Program-made: the position numbers and the translations under genes
The notes under the pieces: generated by a model
Database searches by the model: none
What the model saw: only the letters and a program-made list of their open reading frames with translations
Told to the model about the DNA's origin: nothing
From: Ostrea edulis
Taxonomy: Eukaryota
DNA: 64,000 nt
Direction of reading: 5' to 3'
Assembly (NCBI RefSeq): GCF_947568905.1
Contig: NC_079167.1
Location: forward strand, 38,502,001 to 38,566,000
Shown here: positions 37,864 to 51,609 of the stretch, piece by piece
Position numbering within the stretch: the stretch's first letter is position 1
How the letters are laid out: each line of letters starts with the position of its first letter

Positions 37864-38968
37864 ATTATACCCCCCGCAACAAGTTGTGGGGGGGGGGGGG
37901 GTATACTGGAATCGGGTTGTCCGTCTGTCTGTCCGTCCGTCCGTCTGTAGACGCAATGGTTTCCGGGCTCTAAAGCATTATCCTTTCCACCTACCGTCAC
38001 CATATCATATATATGGACTACCCATGGGATGAAGATGTTCCCTATCGATTTTGGGGTCAAAAGGTCAAAGGTCAAGCGCACTGGACATCGAAGTAGGAAT
38101 ATGGTTTCCGGGCTCTAAAGCGTTATCCTTTCCACCAACAGTCACGATATCATACATATGGACTACTCATACGATGAAGATGTTCCCTATCGATTTTGGG
38201 GTCAAAAGGTCAAAGGTAAAGCGCACTGGACATCGAAGTAGCAATATGGTTTCCGGGCTCTAAAGCGTTATCCTTTCTACCTACAGTCACCATATCATAC
38301 ATATGGACTACCCATGGGATGAAGATGTTCCCTATCGATTTTGGGGTCAAAAGGTCAAAGGTAAAGCGCACTGGACATCGAAGTAGCAATATGGTTTCCG
38401 GGCTCTAAAGCATTATCCTTTCCACCTACAGTCACCATATCATACATATGGACTACCCATGGGATGAAGATGTTCCCTATCCATTTTGGGGTCAAAATGT
38501 CAAAGGTCAAGCACACTGGACATCGAAGTAGCAATATGGTTTCCGGGCTCTAAAGCGTTATCCTTTCTACCTACAGTCACCATATCATACATATGGACTA
38601 CCCATGGGATGGAGATGTTCCCTATCGATTTTTGGGTCAAAAGGTCAAAGGTCAAGCACACTGGACATCGAAGTAGCAATATGGTTTCCGGGCTCTAAAG
38701 CGTTATCCTTTCCACCTACAGTCACCATATCATACATATGGACTACTCATGGGATGAAGATGTTCCCTATCAATTTTGGGGTCAAAAGGTCAAAGGTCAC
38801 GCGCACTGGACGTCGAAGTAGCAATATGGTTCAGTTTGTCATGCCATTTGTTTTTTACACTCAGAAAAGAGGTAGTTTATACCTATTACCAACACCCTTT
38901 GGGAGATTGGGGTAAGCGGGGGGGGGGGGGGTATTCTTAGTGAGCATTGCTCACAGTACCTCTTGTTT
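37864..38968 (+). mobile_element. Helentron-associated element (HINE) with six 145-bp internal tandem repeats
   Basis: 5' tatacccccc..gggggtatac, (GTCC/GTCT)n microsatellite, units starting at 37956, 38101, 38246, 38391, 38536 and 38681, 3' gggggtat plus hairpin gtgagcattgctcac and cttgtttt end. Confidence 0.9.
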
Positions 38969-39214
38969 TTCATGGTTTGGAAATGCCTGAGAATGAGTTG
39001 TACCCATTGACCTGAAAGAAAGCAAATGTCCTTATGCTGTACAACAAGATCCAGAAATCTGTCACTACGACAGACCAATAGGCACGTTTCGAGTTCATCC
39101 GGAACACCCGGGATTTTTCGCATTTAGACACGCTGATCACGTGACATGAACAAAATGTTCAGCAGGGGTACTTCCGGTTGATATTGTTTACTCTGGTAAC
39201 AAAACTGTCTTTAA

Positions 39215-39448
39215 CAAAATATGCATTTTGTGGCACGAAAGGTCGCAATTCAGATAATGGAAAGAAAGGGTGTATATCTTCTTTGGATGATGTTAAAGTT
39301 CACCCTTTCCCAACCCTGGAAAAATGTCCACGCAGAGGAAACGATGGCGTCATTTGTTTAGCAGAACAGTGAAGAAAATTAGAGCGATTACTACATTCCG
39401 TAAAAGCTGAACCAACACAGAAGCATCCCTGTTCTAGCCATTTCACCA
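39215..39448 (+). pseudogene. Possible decayed THAP zinc-finger remnant (transposon-derived)
   Basis: Frame-shifted blocks FCGTKGRN..KVHPFPTLEKCP / RKRWRHLFSR / EPTQKHPCSSHF resemble the THAP pattern C..C..FHxFP..R..W..CSxHF. Immediately followed by a PLE terminal scrap at ~39449-39478. Confidence 0.4.
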
Positions 39449-41544
39449 TATGAAAGGCGAAGATAACAAACAGTGATAAAGTTTTAAGAAAGCCAAGAGG
39501 TTTGTACTGCCCTTTACAAATAGATACTGAGCGACATTAAAATAGGCTTACATGTAGTTGATACCCTCATCCACATAGATCTGAGCAATGTATGCATTTT
39601 ACAATGGTGATCATGTGGCACTAAATTGATAGTAAATTATCATATATCAGAGAATTTACACTTCGAATTCATGGTTTAGGCTCATAAACAATTTCGGGGG
39701 GGGGGGGGCATATAATTATAATATTGGGGGATCTATTCTTACAGATATAGATTAGGATTTGCAATAATCATTCAACCAAGCTCCATACAGATAGTTCATT
39801 TACTTCCAAATAAATTCCAATTCATATCAAAGAACTCTCATTTATCTTTGCTCCAACTTGACCAAGCAGTGTGCTTTGTATACATCAGAAATTACATGTA
39901 TGTACACTTCCACTCATATTTATGTGCTCTCCCACTTCTTTCATTTAGTAAGAAAAATAAGCATGATTTTCTTTCTTCATAATCTATTCAACATATATAC
40001 ACAGGTTGATAACAATGACTGTACTCCTTATGTTGACTGTTATGCAGTAAAACAGATGAATGAAAGTTCAACTATTAATTCATTTCAGCCCGGTAAGAAT
40101 CAATATCCTTTTGTGTATTATACACCTGCAATTCTTTTCTTTTGCTGCTTCAAATCTTGTGTATTTGAAATTTTAATTCTGATATTTTGGTATTATTATA
40201 GGTAGTCTGGCAGTATTATAGGTAATGTGGCAGTAATGGCATGACATCATGAGAGCTAATCAACATGGTTAATGATGTATAGAGACACTGTCTGAAGACC
40301 TCGAGGGAAAGGCAAGGAAAATGGATGATCCACTTCCTATATCCCTGTAAAAAAGAGGAAGGATGCCACAATATTGACGATAAATTACTGTAAATTCAAG
40401 AAGCAAAGTTGTGAAAATGCTAAAATAATAATTAATGTATTTGGTAGAAAAATATCATTAACTGCATATATATTTTTGAACTTATTCAGGAATACATCAG
40501 ATGTAATCATTCATATTGAAACTGAATCTATCAATTTTCATAACTTTTATCAATAAAGTATACTATATTTATTTTACATGTATCTAATTTCCTTAATACA
40601 TTGTACTCATGGGAGTTTGCTTGCATTCAATGTTCTGACATGAATCCGAAAATGTGCATATTTCATCACAAGAGTCCACCTGGGCACTAAGCATGTGTCA
40701 TGTATAAAGCAGACTCAAACAAGATCTACCAACATAATATTTGAATGAACACAAACGGTCTTAGATACTCTCTTTCTTTCTCTGCAATATATGGCATTAA
40801 ACAGCATTAATTCTTTTTTTTTCTCAATTTTGTTAATATATACAAGTCAATTAACTTTTCCCAAACTTTTGATGCATATAATGGATGTTCTCTGTACTGC
40901 TACATAGAATGGAAATGATGTCACTAACAGGAATATACCTTAATCATGAGCAGATCTATTTTGTTCTATGATAACAATTTGAGCAATGATCACAAATACT
41001 CATGACATTGGAATTATGAAAAGTCATTGAAATGCATGTATCTACTAGAGTCACTTTCATACTAAAAATTCTTATTAAATGAGTCTCTTATAAATGAAAG
41101 ACTTGTGACGCAAGTATTAGTTGATAAATGATTATTTTCAAATATCATTGTTTAAATTAGGGAGGGTATCATTTATAACTTAGTAGATATGATTAAATTA
41201 TTCTCACCCATATAACATTTTTCTTTTGTCTTGGTCATTTTTGTTCGCATATATTGCATTCTGTTGTGTCTTTGATAAGTATGATGACCTTTTATGTAGA
41301 AATATTCCATAGCTTTGACATAATCAGCATGGTCAGTCATTCACAGATGATACCACTGTCATGTCCATAGTTTAATACCAAACCATTCAGACCAAAGCAG
41401 GTCATGTATGTATACCATCACAGCACCTGCAAGATATAAATCTGGTTTTACAAGCATGCATGTATCGAACAAAAAAAAATTAAGTTCAAAATTGCTTCAC
41501 TTAGTTTGTGAAATCTTTAGGTACATGAACAGGTCCAGTACTAT

Positions 41545-41666
41545 AGGGTTATTGAACTTATATTGGTGAATATTGGCACGAGTTGGCTGTGAAAATGCAC
41601 GAGCTTGCGAGTGCATTTTGACAGCCAACGAGTGCCAATATTCACCTATATAAGTTCAATAACCCT
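41545..41666. mobile_element. 122-bp palindromic MITE
   Basis: agggttattgaacttata..tggcacgagttggctgt / acagccaacgagtgcca..tataagttcaataaccct. Confidence 0.8.
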
Positions 41667-42440
41667 TTTATTATATAGCTAGAGTATTTAGTTGTAAATT
41701 ATATCCCTTTTCACTCAAACTACTCCAAAATAGACGAGAATTCATCAATATTGGCATCTAAGGCGAAGGTGTGCAATAACAGCATGCATTTCTTAACTGT
41801 TCAATATTTAACCCGTCATTAATGCATGAAGCAAACTGATTTTGTAAATGGGGACATCATAATTTATGTACAGTGAAACATTTTGCTTAAGTAAAAATCA
41901 AATACCTACTCTGTCAGATTCGGAGAACCGTCGTCTGCCATTTTGGCTTGTTTACGTCGTTACGGTAACGTCAATATTGAACGCTCATACTCGGAATGTT
42001 TCGGGCGCCAACAATTTACGCAATGCAAAGTTAGCGTTCAATAAATTCTCAGGATATTGAACGCTAACATTCTCTAGATTTTACGCAGACTTTATAATAG
42101 ACTATTTATCAGCTATATAATAAAATCTTTATATTAAGCTATAGAGCTTGATTTAGCTATTTCAAATCTATTATGAACTTTGAAAAGTGCAAAAATCCAA
42201 TTTCAGTGAATGATAAAATTCCACCCATGTACATGTTGTACATCCAAAAAAATTTAAACAAATAATGTATTGTAAACTACATTCCTCAGAAATATAATTT
42301 TGATTCACAAGTGTTACTTTTCAAAATTGCCTCACTACACCTTAGAAAGAGTTTCTCATATCAGCATGAAATGATTTAATTATGAATGAGGATCAACAAA
42401 ATAATGGATATTAGGCAATCTGAGTTTACATAGTGTAATA

Positions 42441-42727
42441 TCTGTGGAAACGAGGGGGTTATTTATATTTGGTTTCTTTTACATCATATATGAAAACAAA
42501 TTATTTTTTATAAAATTGTTACAGAAAATCAAAATCAGTAAAATTCAAAAGGCTTTCCACATATTATGACATTGTTAAATTTATTTATAGAAAAAACAAA
42601 ACAAAAAGCTGTCCAGGTCTAGTTTTGCTCTCAGAAAAATGCAGCGAAATATTTGTGAGACTTTACACCCGCACTAGGAATGAACGAATACATTGTATAA
42701 ATAGCCTAACCCCCTCGTTTCCACAGA
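42441..42727. mobile_element. Short element sharing terminal sequence with the 35377-37805 transposon
   Basis: 21-bp inverted pair TCTGTGGAAACGAGGGGGTTA / TAACCCCCTCGTTTCCACAGA. No TSD recognisable. Confidence 0.7.
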
Positions 42728-43007
42728 AGTCAGTACTGGGCACGATGCCGGCTTTATGAATCACTTTAAGACATTGTGTTTTGTTTAATCATATACAACG
42801 TTCTACAAAAAAGTAGTAACTGTTTTGATTTACCTATTTGGTAGGTTTCACCGAGTCTAATACGTTCTTTTCATGTCCCACTATGGCTACTACTGTACTA
42901 GATAGAGCCTAGGGTTCCTAGACAGCTAGGCCTCCTGCATAGATCTGCAAGTTACACTGCAACATCGTCGTCTTGTCTAAGTCTTCCGTTGAATTTGACC
43001 AATGGTA

Positions 43008-44335
43008 CAGCGCTGCCTCAAAAGTATTCGCGGAAACAAACTCTGTCTCCAAAGTTTAGAGCTGAAATAAATACTTAAAATGATAAACAGACTTACTTTA
43101 ATACTTTGTCAAGCAACCTTTGGAGCGAATGACTGCCAGTATTTTCCTTGGAAGTGAATTGTATAAATTTTGAACATACTGGGGTTGATAAGAAGTCCAC
43201 AGTTCGTTGATGGCGTTAAAAATTTCATCTGGGGTCCTTATGTTTTGGGCGGTATATTGAAGTTCTCTTTTAATGCGAAGCCATATATTTTCAATTATGT
43301 TTAGGTCTGGTGACTGGGCAGGCCAGGTCAAACAGTTAATATTATGATTGTGTTTGTATTCCTCAATAATTCGCGCTCGATGTACAGGGGCATTGTCATC
43401 TTGAAACCGATAAATTCTATTGGAGAAATGACGGGCTAAAACAGGCCAAAGAATTCGAGAATTTCTTGATATTTTACAGCATTTATATTTCCGTTTACTT
43501 TACATAAAGTGCCAACACCATGCCAAGATATACAACCCCATATCATTACAGTCACTCGCTTCTGAAATGAGCGACACATGCATTCCGGACGGTAAGCTTC
43601 ATTTGCAGACCGCCATACATACACACGATTATTTTGTCCTATCACAATCTGTGATTCATCACTGAAAATAACTTGCTTCCATTCATTCTGAACTGACCAT
43701 TTTCTCCTCGCAAGACACCATGAAAGTCGTTTTTTCTGTTTACCTCCCTGACTACCATTTTCTTCCTTACAACTCGCTTAAAAATCTTATTCCTGTGTAA
43801 AATCCTTTGGACAGTCTTGTGATGAACATTTATTGCACCTCCATCGTTGAAATCATTCGTTATGTCCCGTTATTGTCTTCCACGGTTTCTTTTTACTAAG
43901 CGCAAAAGTCTACTCTCCGCTCGTTTGGTAACTTTTCGAGGTCTCCCGGAACGGGACAAATTTTCCACATTTCCCTTGATGCAAAACTTTTGCCATATAG
44001 ATCGAATTATTGACTCAGATATATTCAACAATCTCTCAATGTCACGATTTCTGTGTCCCTCCCGTTTTAAATCAACAACCACTTGTCTAAGCTCAGTGCT
44101 AATTTCTTTCGACTTTCGTGCCATGTTGGAAAACACCGGTTGATAAATATAGCAGACAACAACATTGGTACGTCACCTAGTCAGATGATTAGTCATGTGA
44201 TACATGTACGGGAGAGAACTCAAAATTAGTAAACAATCAAAGAATTCTAGCTGTGAATAATTTTTTTAATTTGCTATCTAAAAATAAATCACGCTGCCAT
44301 TTTGTTTTTCCGCGAATACTTTTGAGGCAGCGCTG
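43008..44335 (-). mobile_element. Full-length Tc1/mariner (DD34E) transposon, inactive
   Basis: Perfect 29-bp TIRs CAGCGCTGCCTCAAAAGTATTCGCGGAAA, with TA TSD at 43006-43007 and 44336-44337. Confidence 0.97.
43098..44124 (-). pseudogene. Tc1 transposase pseudogene
   Basis: MARKSKEIS.. HTH, GRPR linker, IFSDE, FQDDN, SPDLNIIEN with 34 residues between the second D and E. In-frame TAA at 43872-43870 and a frameshift near 43450. Confidence 0.95.
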
Positions 44336-44471
44336 TAGCTTATCAAACGTTGACAAACAAATACGTACCCCCATACATCCCAAACAAATACATTTAATAC
44401 ACGAAGTGTTGGTAAACAACGAGAAACCGAAAGTAACCCTGCTGAACATTTTTGAAACGGCGTGACTAAAC

Positions 44472-45863
44472 GGTAAGCGGTAAATGTAGTACGGCCGAAA
44501 GCCGAAAGTCCCGGATAGCGATTTTTTTTCGAGTTTTCTCTCTTAATGCTACATGTAATAACATATAATTTGCAGAGGTTGCTGTTTGTAACCTAGGTAC
44601 ATAAAAAACATAAATTTTTTCTGAGAATTCTTCTACAAAAGTACCAAACCAGAGTTTTCACCTGCCAAAAAGCGGTAAATCTAGTACGTTTTATAAATGT
44701 CGGAACCCAAATACGGTCGAAGACACTGACCGATTCCCACAGCCCCTTGTAAATACTGGGTTTAAGTAATTATATTCATGCAAATTATATTGATTAAGAC
44801 TACATTTTATGTTTCTATCATTATTTCACAACACAGAATAATAAAAACTGCTGTATTTTGTAATCGTATTCTTGTTTTAATCGGAACAAGTAGGTCTCCT
44901 TAGTTTGGTAAAGTCGTACCTAAACAGCGTACACTTACATGTAAAACGATAGTTGAGGATTCTATCGGTAATTAGTCATGATTACAACATTAACCATTGA
45001 TTCCGTTGCCCAGCTCTAACCACGCGAAGGTTCCCCATTCACCCATTCATGTTATTTTGAATAAAAATTTAAACTCCGAAAGTAAAGAAATTATACCCCC
45101 TAAAGTAAATAATGTAACCCAAAAAGTGTGCTTTTACAGCATTTTGTCATTTTGATTATGAAAGAAAAGGGAAATATGATAGTACAGTCGTTAATCGTCT
45201 TGAAGATGGAATGATAATATTAAAATTTGTCGTTCTTCGATAAATTACATGTACATATGATTACTTTAAATCACACTTCGTATGCATTAGTAGCCTACAC
45301 TGCATCAAAATAATAATTGAATTATAAAATTAATTCAATAACGAATATGCTTCAACAACCGAAGTTTAAAAAGAAGCACACTATTTATAGTGTATATATA
45401 TCAAAGTGGATTGAAATATTGCAAAAAAGTGCCTGAACTACACATGTATAATTATAAATAATATGTAGGGTGATACAATAAAATGCGCATATAAATGAAC
45501 CATATATGCAATTGCGATTTATTTAAGTTACCGTAGATATCTAGAACTCAGTCTAATTCAATATTGTCTATAATGCTAAAACGCGGACTTTCGGTAGATC
45601 AAAAGACCGGCGACCGTGTTCGGGTTTCGGCATTTATAAAACGTACTAGATTTACCGCTTTTTGGTATCTGAAAACTCTGGTTCATTATCTTCTTTACAG
45701 GATTCCCAGATAAAGTTATATGGTTCTTGTTTAATAGGTCACAAACAGTTATCATAATAAGTTTGATGTCATTCTATCAATTATTAAGAGAGAAAACTCG
45801 AAAAAATCGCTATCCGGGACTTTCGGCATTCGGGTTTCGGCCGTACTACATTTACCGCTTACC
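44472..45863. mobile_element. Non-autonomous Mutator-like element, ~250-bp imperfect TIRs, 9-bp TSD
   Basis: GGTAAGCGGTAAATGTAGTACGGCCGAAA / TTTCGGCCGTACTACATTTACCGCTTACC. Exact TSD TGACTAAAC at 44463-44471 and 45864-45872. Confidence 0.9.
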
Positions 45864-47180
45864 TGACTAAACACAGAATAAAAACCGTGTTCCGGAGGAA
45901 CTCGAAACACAGCTATTCACCGAGTCTAAAGAAACCATGGAAAGCTAAGATTAACTAAATTACATCAGTCTGTGTAAAAATAAAATCGTAAACGATGCTC
46001 CTACATTAATATATGAATGGAATAATTTGAAAAAGTTCGCAGACCAACTTTGTTACCTTTTGTTAGTATATGTATTTGGATTCAAAATGATAGCGTCACA
46101 TAGCAAACTTTACGTCATGAAATAGTCTTACGACGTAAGAATGTATTGATGCATTCTGACGTCACAATGCAAGCATGAAAATGTGAGCTTCTTTACTGTT
46201 AGGGGCCGGTCAATATTTATGTCATTGAGAATCTAACCGAAACTAAATTAGCGCTCCCTAGCGGAACAGTTATTATCGCGTGTCTTTACCAGACTCTCTG
46301 CTCGTCGGAGATTGCGGAGACAGCGGAGTGTCTGGTTGAACGAGACTAGGATTTGGACTGTATCGTTATCTCACGCGTATAACGAGAGTTCCTTTCAAAA
46401 CCACAACGACGCTAACTTTGACATCACAGTCGACTACACTACGACAGTGAAGTAGGCCTATGAAGCGCGAAACTTCGTAACGTAGTGCAGTAGATTTTGA
46501 CATCATAACTAGACTACAATCGGATCACGCGCTCGTCATTTTCCGTAACCGGTAAGAAGACTCGGACGTGGATCGGCGCAAAAATTGCATCACATCGATG
46601 CATTTTTTCGCCAGAAGCGCGCCTGTGGATGATATTAGAAGGTCAGAACTGAATCCCTGCATAATGTAGTGTTTAGATTTTCACTACAGATTCAGTTTTG
46701 GTATCGTTAACGTTTTATAAACATATAAGTGGAAATTGATAGTGGTAGAATACCTAAGATATATTTGAAAGCTGACGTTTCATATTGTAATGTACGACTG
46801 TGACGTCATAGTTACATTTGTGTACACGTGGCAACAGACTCTGATGACGTCGATCCACATACGAGGTTCTTTTGCGGTTACGGAAATAGCCGAGTAGTTA
46901 CGATTGAACTAGACTACTCTACCATTCGGAATCTCTCTAGTGAGACATAAAAATCAAATGACCAATGAAATCGGCTCATTTGGGCTAACCAAAGTACCGC
47001 TTACCCCAAACTCCCCGTCAAGGCCTCATTACGTCACTTACAAATAGACCTCTCCTATGTGATGCAGTACAATATACAGATTTGTATATTTTGAGTCAGC
47101 GATTATCACGCAGGCAAATAACACTAAAGAAGTAGTTCGTAGTTAAAAGTTTGAAGATATTGACATTCAGAGCATTAATA

Positions 47181-48432
47181 GGGCCATGAGAACGGAGCTC
47201 TCCCTATAGGTAACACGTATATACATGTTTAAAAGGAAAATATAGGAAACTAATGAAAACTTAAACCATACCTATGGAACTTGAAAATTTTGATCCCAAT
47301 GACGTCGATTGGAATACTAGCGCGTGGACATGTATTCCTCCATTTTGAATCTCGTCTACCCTAGTTCACGTCGTTCTAAGATGTTACATAAAATCCGTAA
47401 AAGCATGTAAATCTTATTTTCTTAATCATAATACATGTATATAGGCCTTATCAATCCTCGATTAACGCCATGTCTCCTATGTTTGTAAATTTGCTAAATG
47501 ACGACGCTGAATATGACGTCACAATGTACTGTTTACATCAATTGCGTTATATTTCCCGCGTTCATTATATAGGCGGATCAAATGTCCAAAATTAGGATGC
47601 TTTGATACAGTTCTGTCTTCGTGCTAACTTCGGGTTGTTTTTGTTTTTGTCCTGTTTTGAATATAGATACTAATGCCAATATTTTTTTGCTTCGCCCTCA
47701 AAAACGGTCACGCCGTAAAACATATAAGAGGGCGAAGCCCTCTCACGGCCCGAAGGGCCGTGAGAGCGGAGCTCTCCCTATAGGTAACACATATATACAT
47801 CAACAGGGGATGCCTACTCCTCCTAGGCACCTGATCCCACCTCTGGTGTGTCCAGGGGTCCGTGTTTGCCCAACTACCTATTCTGTATTGCTTATAGGAG
47901 TTATGAGATTGATCACTGTTCGCTATCTTCACCTTGCATGTTTAAAAGGAAAATATAGAAAATTAATGAAAAATTAAACCATACTTATGGAACTTGAAAA
48001 TTTTGGTCCCAATGGCGGCGATTCGAATATTAGCGCGTGAACATGTATTTCTCCATTTTGAATCTCGTCTACCCTCACGTCATTCTGAGATGTTACATAA
48101 AATCCGTAAAAGCATGTAAATCTTATTTTTTTTTTTTATCATATATAATCACTGCACTCCTCGATTAACGCCATCTTGTGCCATGGCTCCTATTTTTGTA
48201 AATTTGCTAAATACCGATGTTGAATATGACGTCACAATGCACTGTTTACATCAAATGCGTTATATTTCCCGCGTTCAGTATATAGGCGTATCAAATGTCC
48301 AAAATTAAGATGCTTTGATAAAGCTCTGTCCTCGTGCTAACTTCGGGTTGTTTTTTGTCCTGTTTTGGATATAAATACTAATGCCAATACTTTTTGCTTC
48401 GCCCTCAAACACAGTCACGCCGTAAGACATAT
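47181..48432. repeat. Two head-to-tail copies of a 574-bp unit with GAA-triloop hairpins at the junction
   Basis: gggcc(a/g)tgaga(a/g)cggagctctccctataggtaacac at 47181 and 47755; the copies align throughout apart from the insertion at 47801-47936. Confidence 0.9.
47801..47936 (+). mobile_element. Penelope-like pseudo-LTR fragment inserted into copy 2 of the 574-bp repeat
   Basis: Absent from copy 1 (tatacatgtttaaaagg). CAT is duplicated at 47798-47800 and 47937-47939. Confidence 0.85.
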
Positions 48433-51284
48433 TACCGAGCAAGGCTCTAAAGGTAACACGTATGTAAAATAGAAAATGACAAAATCAGCAAATGAATAGA
48501 GATAATCTCTACATACGTTCACTGAAAATTTTGTGATCATATGAGCGCCGCCATATTGCTTTTTCATTAGTTTCTTCTAGAGTTATTCATGTTTTAAGTT
48601 TAAATGCCAAAAAATGCAAGACTGACGTGTAATTTGTAATACAAACACCCAGTTTGTTAAAAAATTAATGGTGTGATTATTATTGTTACAGTTTTTAGCC
48701 AATCATCAAATAGAAAAACCAGTAATACGACTTAATATATGAACGAGTTCATAAGTTTCTTTGAATAAGAATATAGATATACTTTAGTCTCGTTCAACCA
48801 GACACTCGGAAATATTGACATAGAAATCATTTAATAAATTTTAATTTGATGACTTAACAATGATGCTGATTGGTTGAAAAATTCGTTTGATTTCCGTGTC
48901 AAAATTTCGTTCGGAGTTCATCTGCACTAAGCATGGGGACTACTTTTCTCTGGAATGCGTCTTCCCCGTTCAAATTTTAGCGCTATTTATAGAACGGGAT
49001 TTTCCACACAAGCATTACATATAACGAAATGTATTCGTTTGAATTTTGTTTTTCATTGATATCGAAAATAAGCACAACTAAAGATATGAATAAAATACAC
49101 AAGTTAATTCAAAGAAACAACATACATAGGCGGTGATGTTGCAGTTCATAGTCAACTTGATGACGTAGACCACTTACTGGTAGAAGTAGATAGATTACAC
49201 GAGTTCCCGGAATGAATCGTCTGCTTTACGAGATCGATAACATGACGGAGCAAGTGGCGACTTCTGATCTGGTAAATATTAATGAAATTGAACTGTGTTA
49301 TATGGGGCTTAGTCAACGAGTGCGTTTTAGATGAAGAGGTGTTGAACCTTTTACTCGATACACAGGGGCTCGTCACGAATTGACCCTCTCTTCTATATTT
49401 ACACAAGGGAGGAATCCAGAATCCCAAAAATCGCTAACTCAGGTTTTTATTCGTCTCCTTTTTATATTTCAAGGACGTTAAATCTAAGAAGCCCTATCTC
49501 GATCGATCGAGGAAAGATCATAGTTTGTAAAAATACCTAACATATGTTTGCACCGGCAATAAATATGAAGAACCAATGCATTTTCTGTCGTTTTTGAACC
49601 ACAGGAACTTTTCCTCAATCACCCAAAATAGAGACGCGTTCTCATTGGTCAATTCAATTCGCTCTTATGCTGTACTATCGGGTCATAATGTTTTGATCAC
49701 CGGTGTTGCAGGCATAGGGAATGTTTTTTTAATTAAGAAATAATCTTTAAAAATGTTATCTGCTCCCAAACATTTGTGAGAAAAGCTAAATACATGGTCT
49801 ATGTATGGAATATGATACTCAGATGACCGAGAGGCCTTTGAGCTCGGGTTTGGTGTACAATTGAATTGACCAATAAGAACATGTTTTCTATTTTGAGTGA
49901 TTGAGGAAAAGTTCCCGTGGTTCGAAAACGGAGATACTAATTTTCTGTCATGGTCTTTTATAATCACGTAAAAATATTGTACTGAATTCGTTTTTCATCC
50001 ATGCACAGCTTTCTATATGTGTTAAAATCTTGATAAACTTCAAAATATCTTCCAACTACAGAACATGCGATAACTTTATATTCCCTAACTTTTTTTAAGC
50101 CCCCGTATCGTAACCCACAGATAGCTTCATATACCTTTCGCTCAAAAGTCTATCAACTAACATAATTGGAATGCAAAATATTAAAGACATGCGCAATAAA
50201 TGACAAACATATAGATGGCATTAAGTTTTATTCAATATTTCATTGTACTTTGCAATTGAATAATAAAAGTAACGTACATTTCTGAAGAGAAATTGACAAA
50301 AATAACAGATATTTCACAGCAACATTTTTGTCAAACTTTAAAAACTCAAATATAAAGAAATACAAGTTGTAGAAACCTTAAGTGTCTACACTCATGGCGT
50401 TCTCAACAGATAATGTAGTACATTTCACCTTTACACAATTCATTTCCCATACTTCATTTAAGTATCATTTGTGTCGAGTTTCATCATTCTTTTCACTCTG
50501 CTGAGTGACATTTTCTGCAAACATGAATAAAAATGAAATTTGTCTATAAGGGGCTATCATAATCATTTAATGCCTAGAATTAAGTATCCGTTGACAAGGC
50601 AGTATCATCCTTTTTTAACTATCCTACAATGTACTAAGACATGGATATCAATTTGAATTACTCCACCAATTACAAAGAATTTGAAAATTAAGTTGGAACA
50701 CGAAATCACCTCATTCATACAATTTAAAATTGCCCATGGAAAATAGATCTTCATAGGTTAGATAATCAATATTCTAATAGTATTTTGCAAGAAATTATAC
50801 TGCTCGTTATATCCAGAGAATACAATTTTATACACCGTTTTTAGGGAGGGGACTTTCAAAGGCCGGCGCAGAAACCGCATACTTAAAGGCGCCGACTGTT
50901 ATGTAGGCCTACGCTTGGATTTTCGGTCCACGGTGTCCCGTGTTCATAGGGAAACACCTGTGGTCCATACTTTATGGAAATATGAATAAGTACTCAAATG
51001 TACGAAATGTAAATGTTATTTTCGTCAGCTCTAGAAACTTCTCTTTGGTTACATTAAGAAAAATCTTCACATTTTACCCTTACAGTTTTTTCAATAATCA
51101 AATCCTCTATATACAATCCAGATACTTTTATTCTAAGTATTCTTTTTTATTTACACAGTTTCCAGTTTCACTTACGAAACCATGTTGACTTATCGCATTC
51201 ATCATCGGCTGAGAAAATGCATATCTAACAACAATCTAGATGAATCTCGTTCCTCTCAAATCCAGTGCATGTACGGTATTCTTG

Positions 51285-51290
51285 TTTATT
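51285..51290 (-). terminator. Candidate polyadenylation signal (AATAAA) of the GPCR gene
   Basis: tttatt on the plus strand ~320 nt downstream of the stop codon. Weak evidence in AT-rich DNA. Confidence 0.25.
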
Positions 51291-51609
51291 ACAACGCCGT
51301 TATCTTCTGAATATTTATGAATCGAAGAATGTAACATATCAGTAATTGGGGATTATCTTCGCGTATATAGCAAAACATATTATCAAAAATGCTTCAAAAG
51401 CTTTTTACAGTCATACACATTTAATTTTGATAATATAAAAACAACTCAAATTTCTTGATTTTCTGTCTGCAAATTTCCGCCGCTAGGATCCCCTTGTATA
51501 TACAGAAACCGCAGAATAAGACAGTGGTTATAAATAACCATCGTTTAAAAATGAGAAACTTAAAAACGTTTTTTAACCATTGATATACGTCTGTTAATGA
51601 AGTGAAACA

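Noticed and set aside
37803-38915. Repeated ORFs (MGSKGQRSSALDIEV..)
   Set aside because: Translations of the 145-bp HINE tandem unit.
47801-47936. Hammerhead ribozyme in the PLE terminal repeat
   Set aside because: No CTGATGA/GAAA catalytic core; CTGATCC does not fit.
49150-49400. Coding-like patch (MNRLLYEIDNM.. / LDEEVLNLLL)
   Set aside because: Broken by stops and frameshifts; probably a TE relic, but I cannot name the family.
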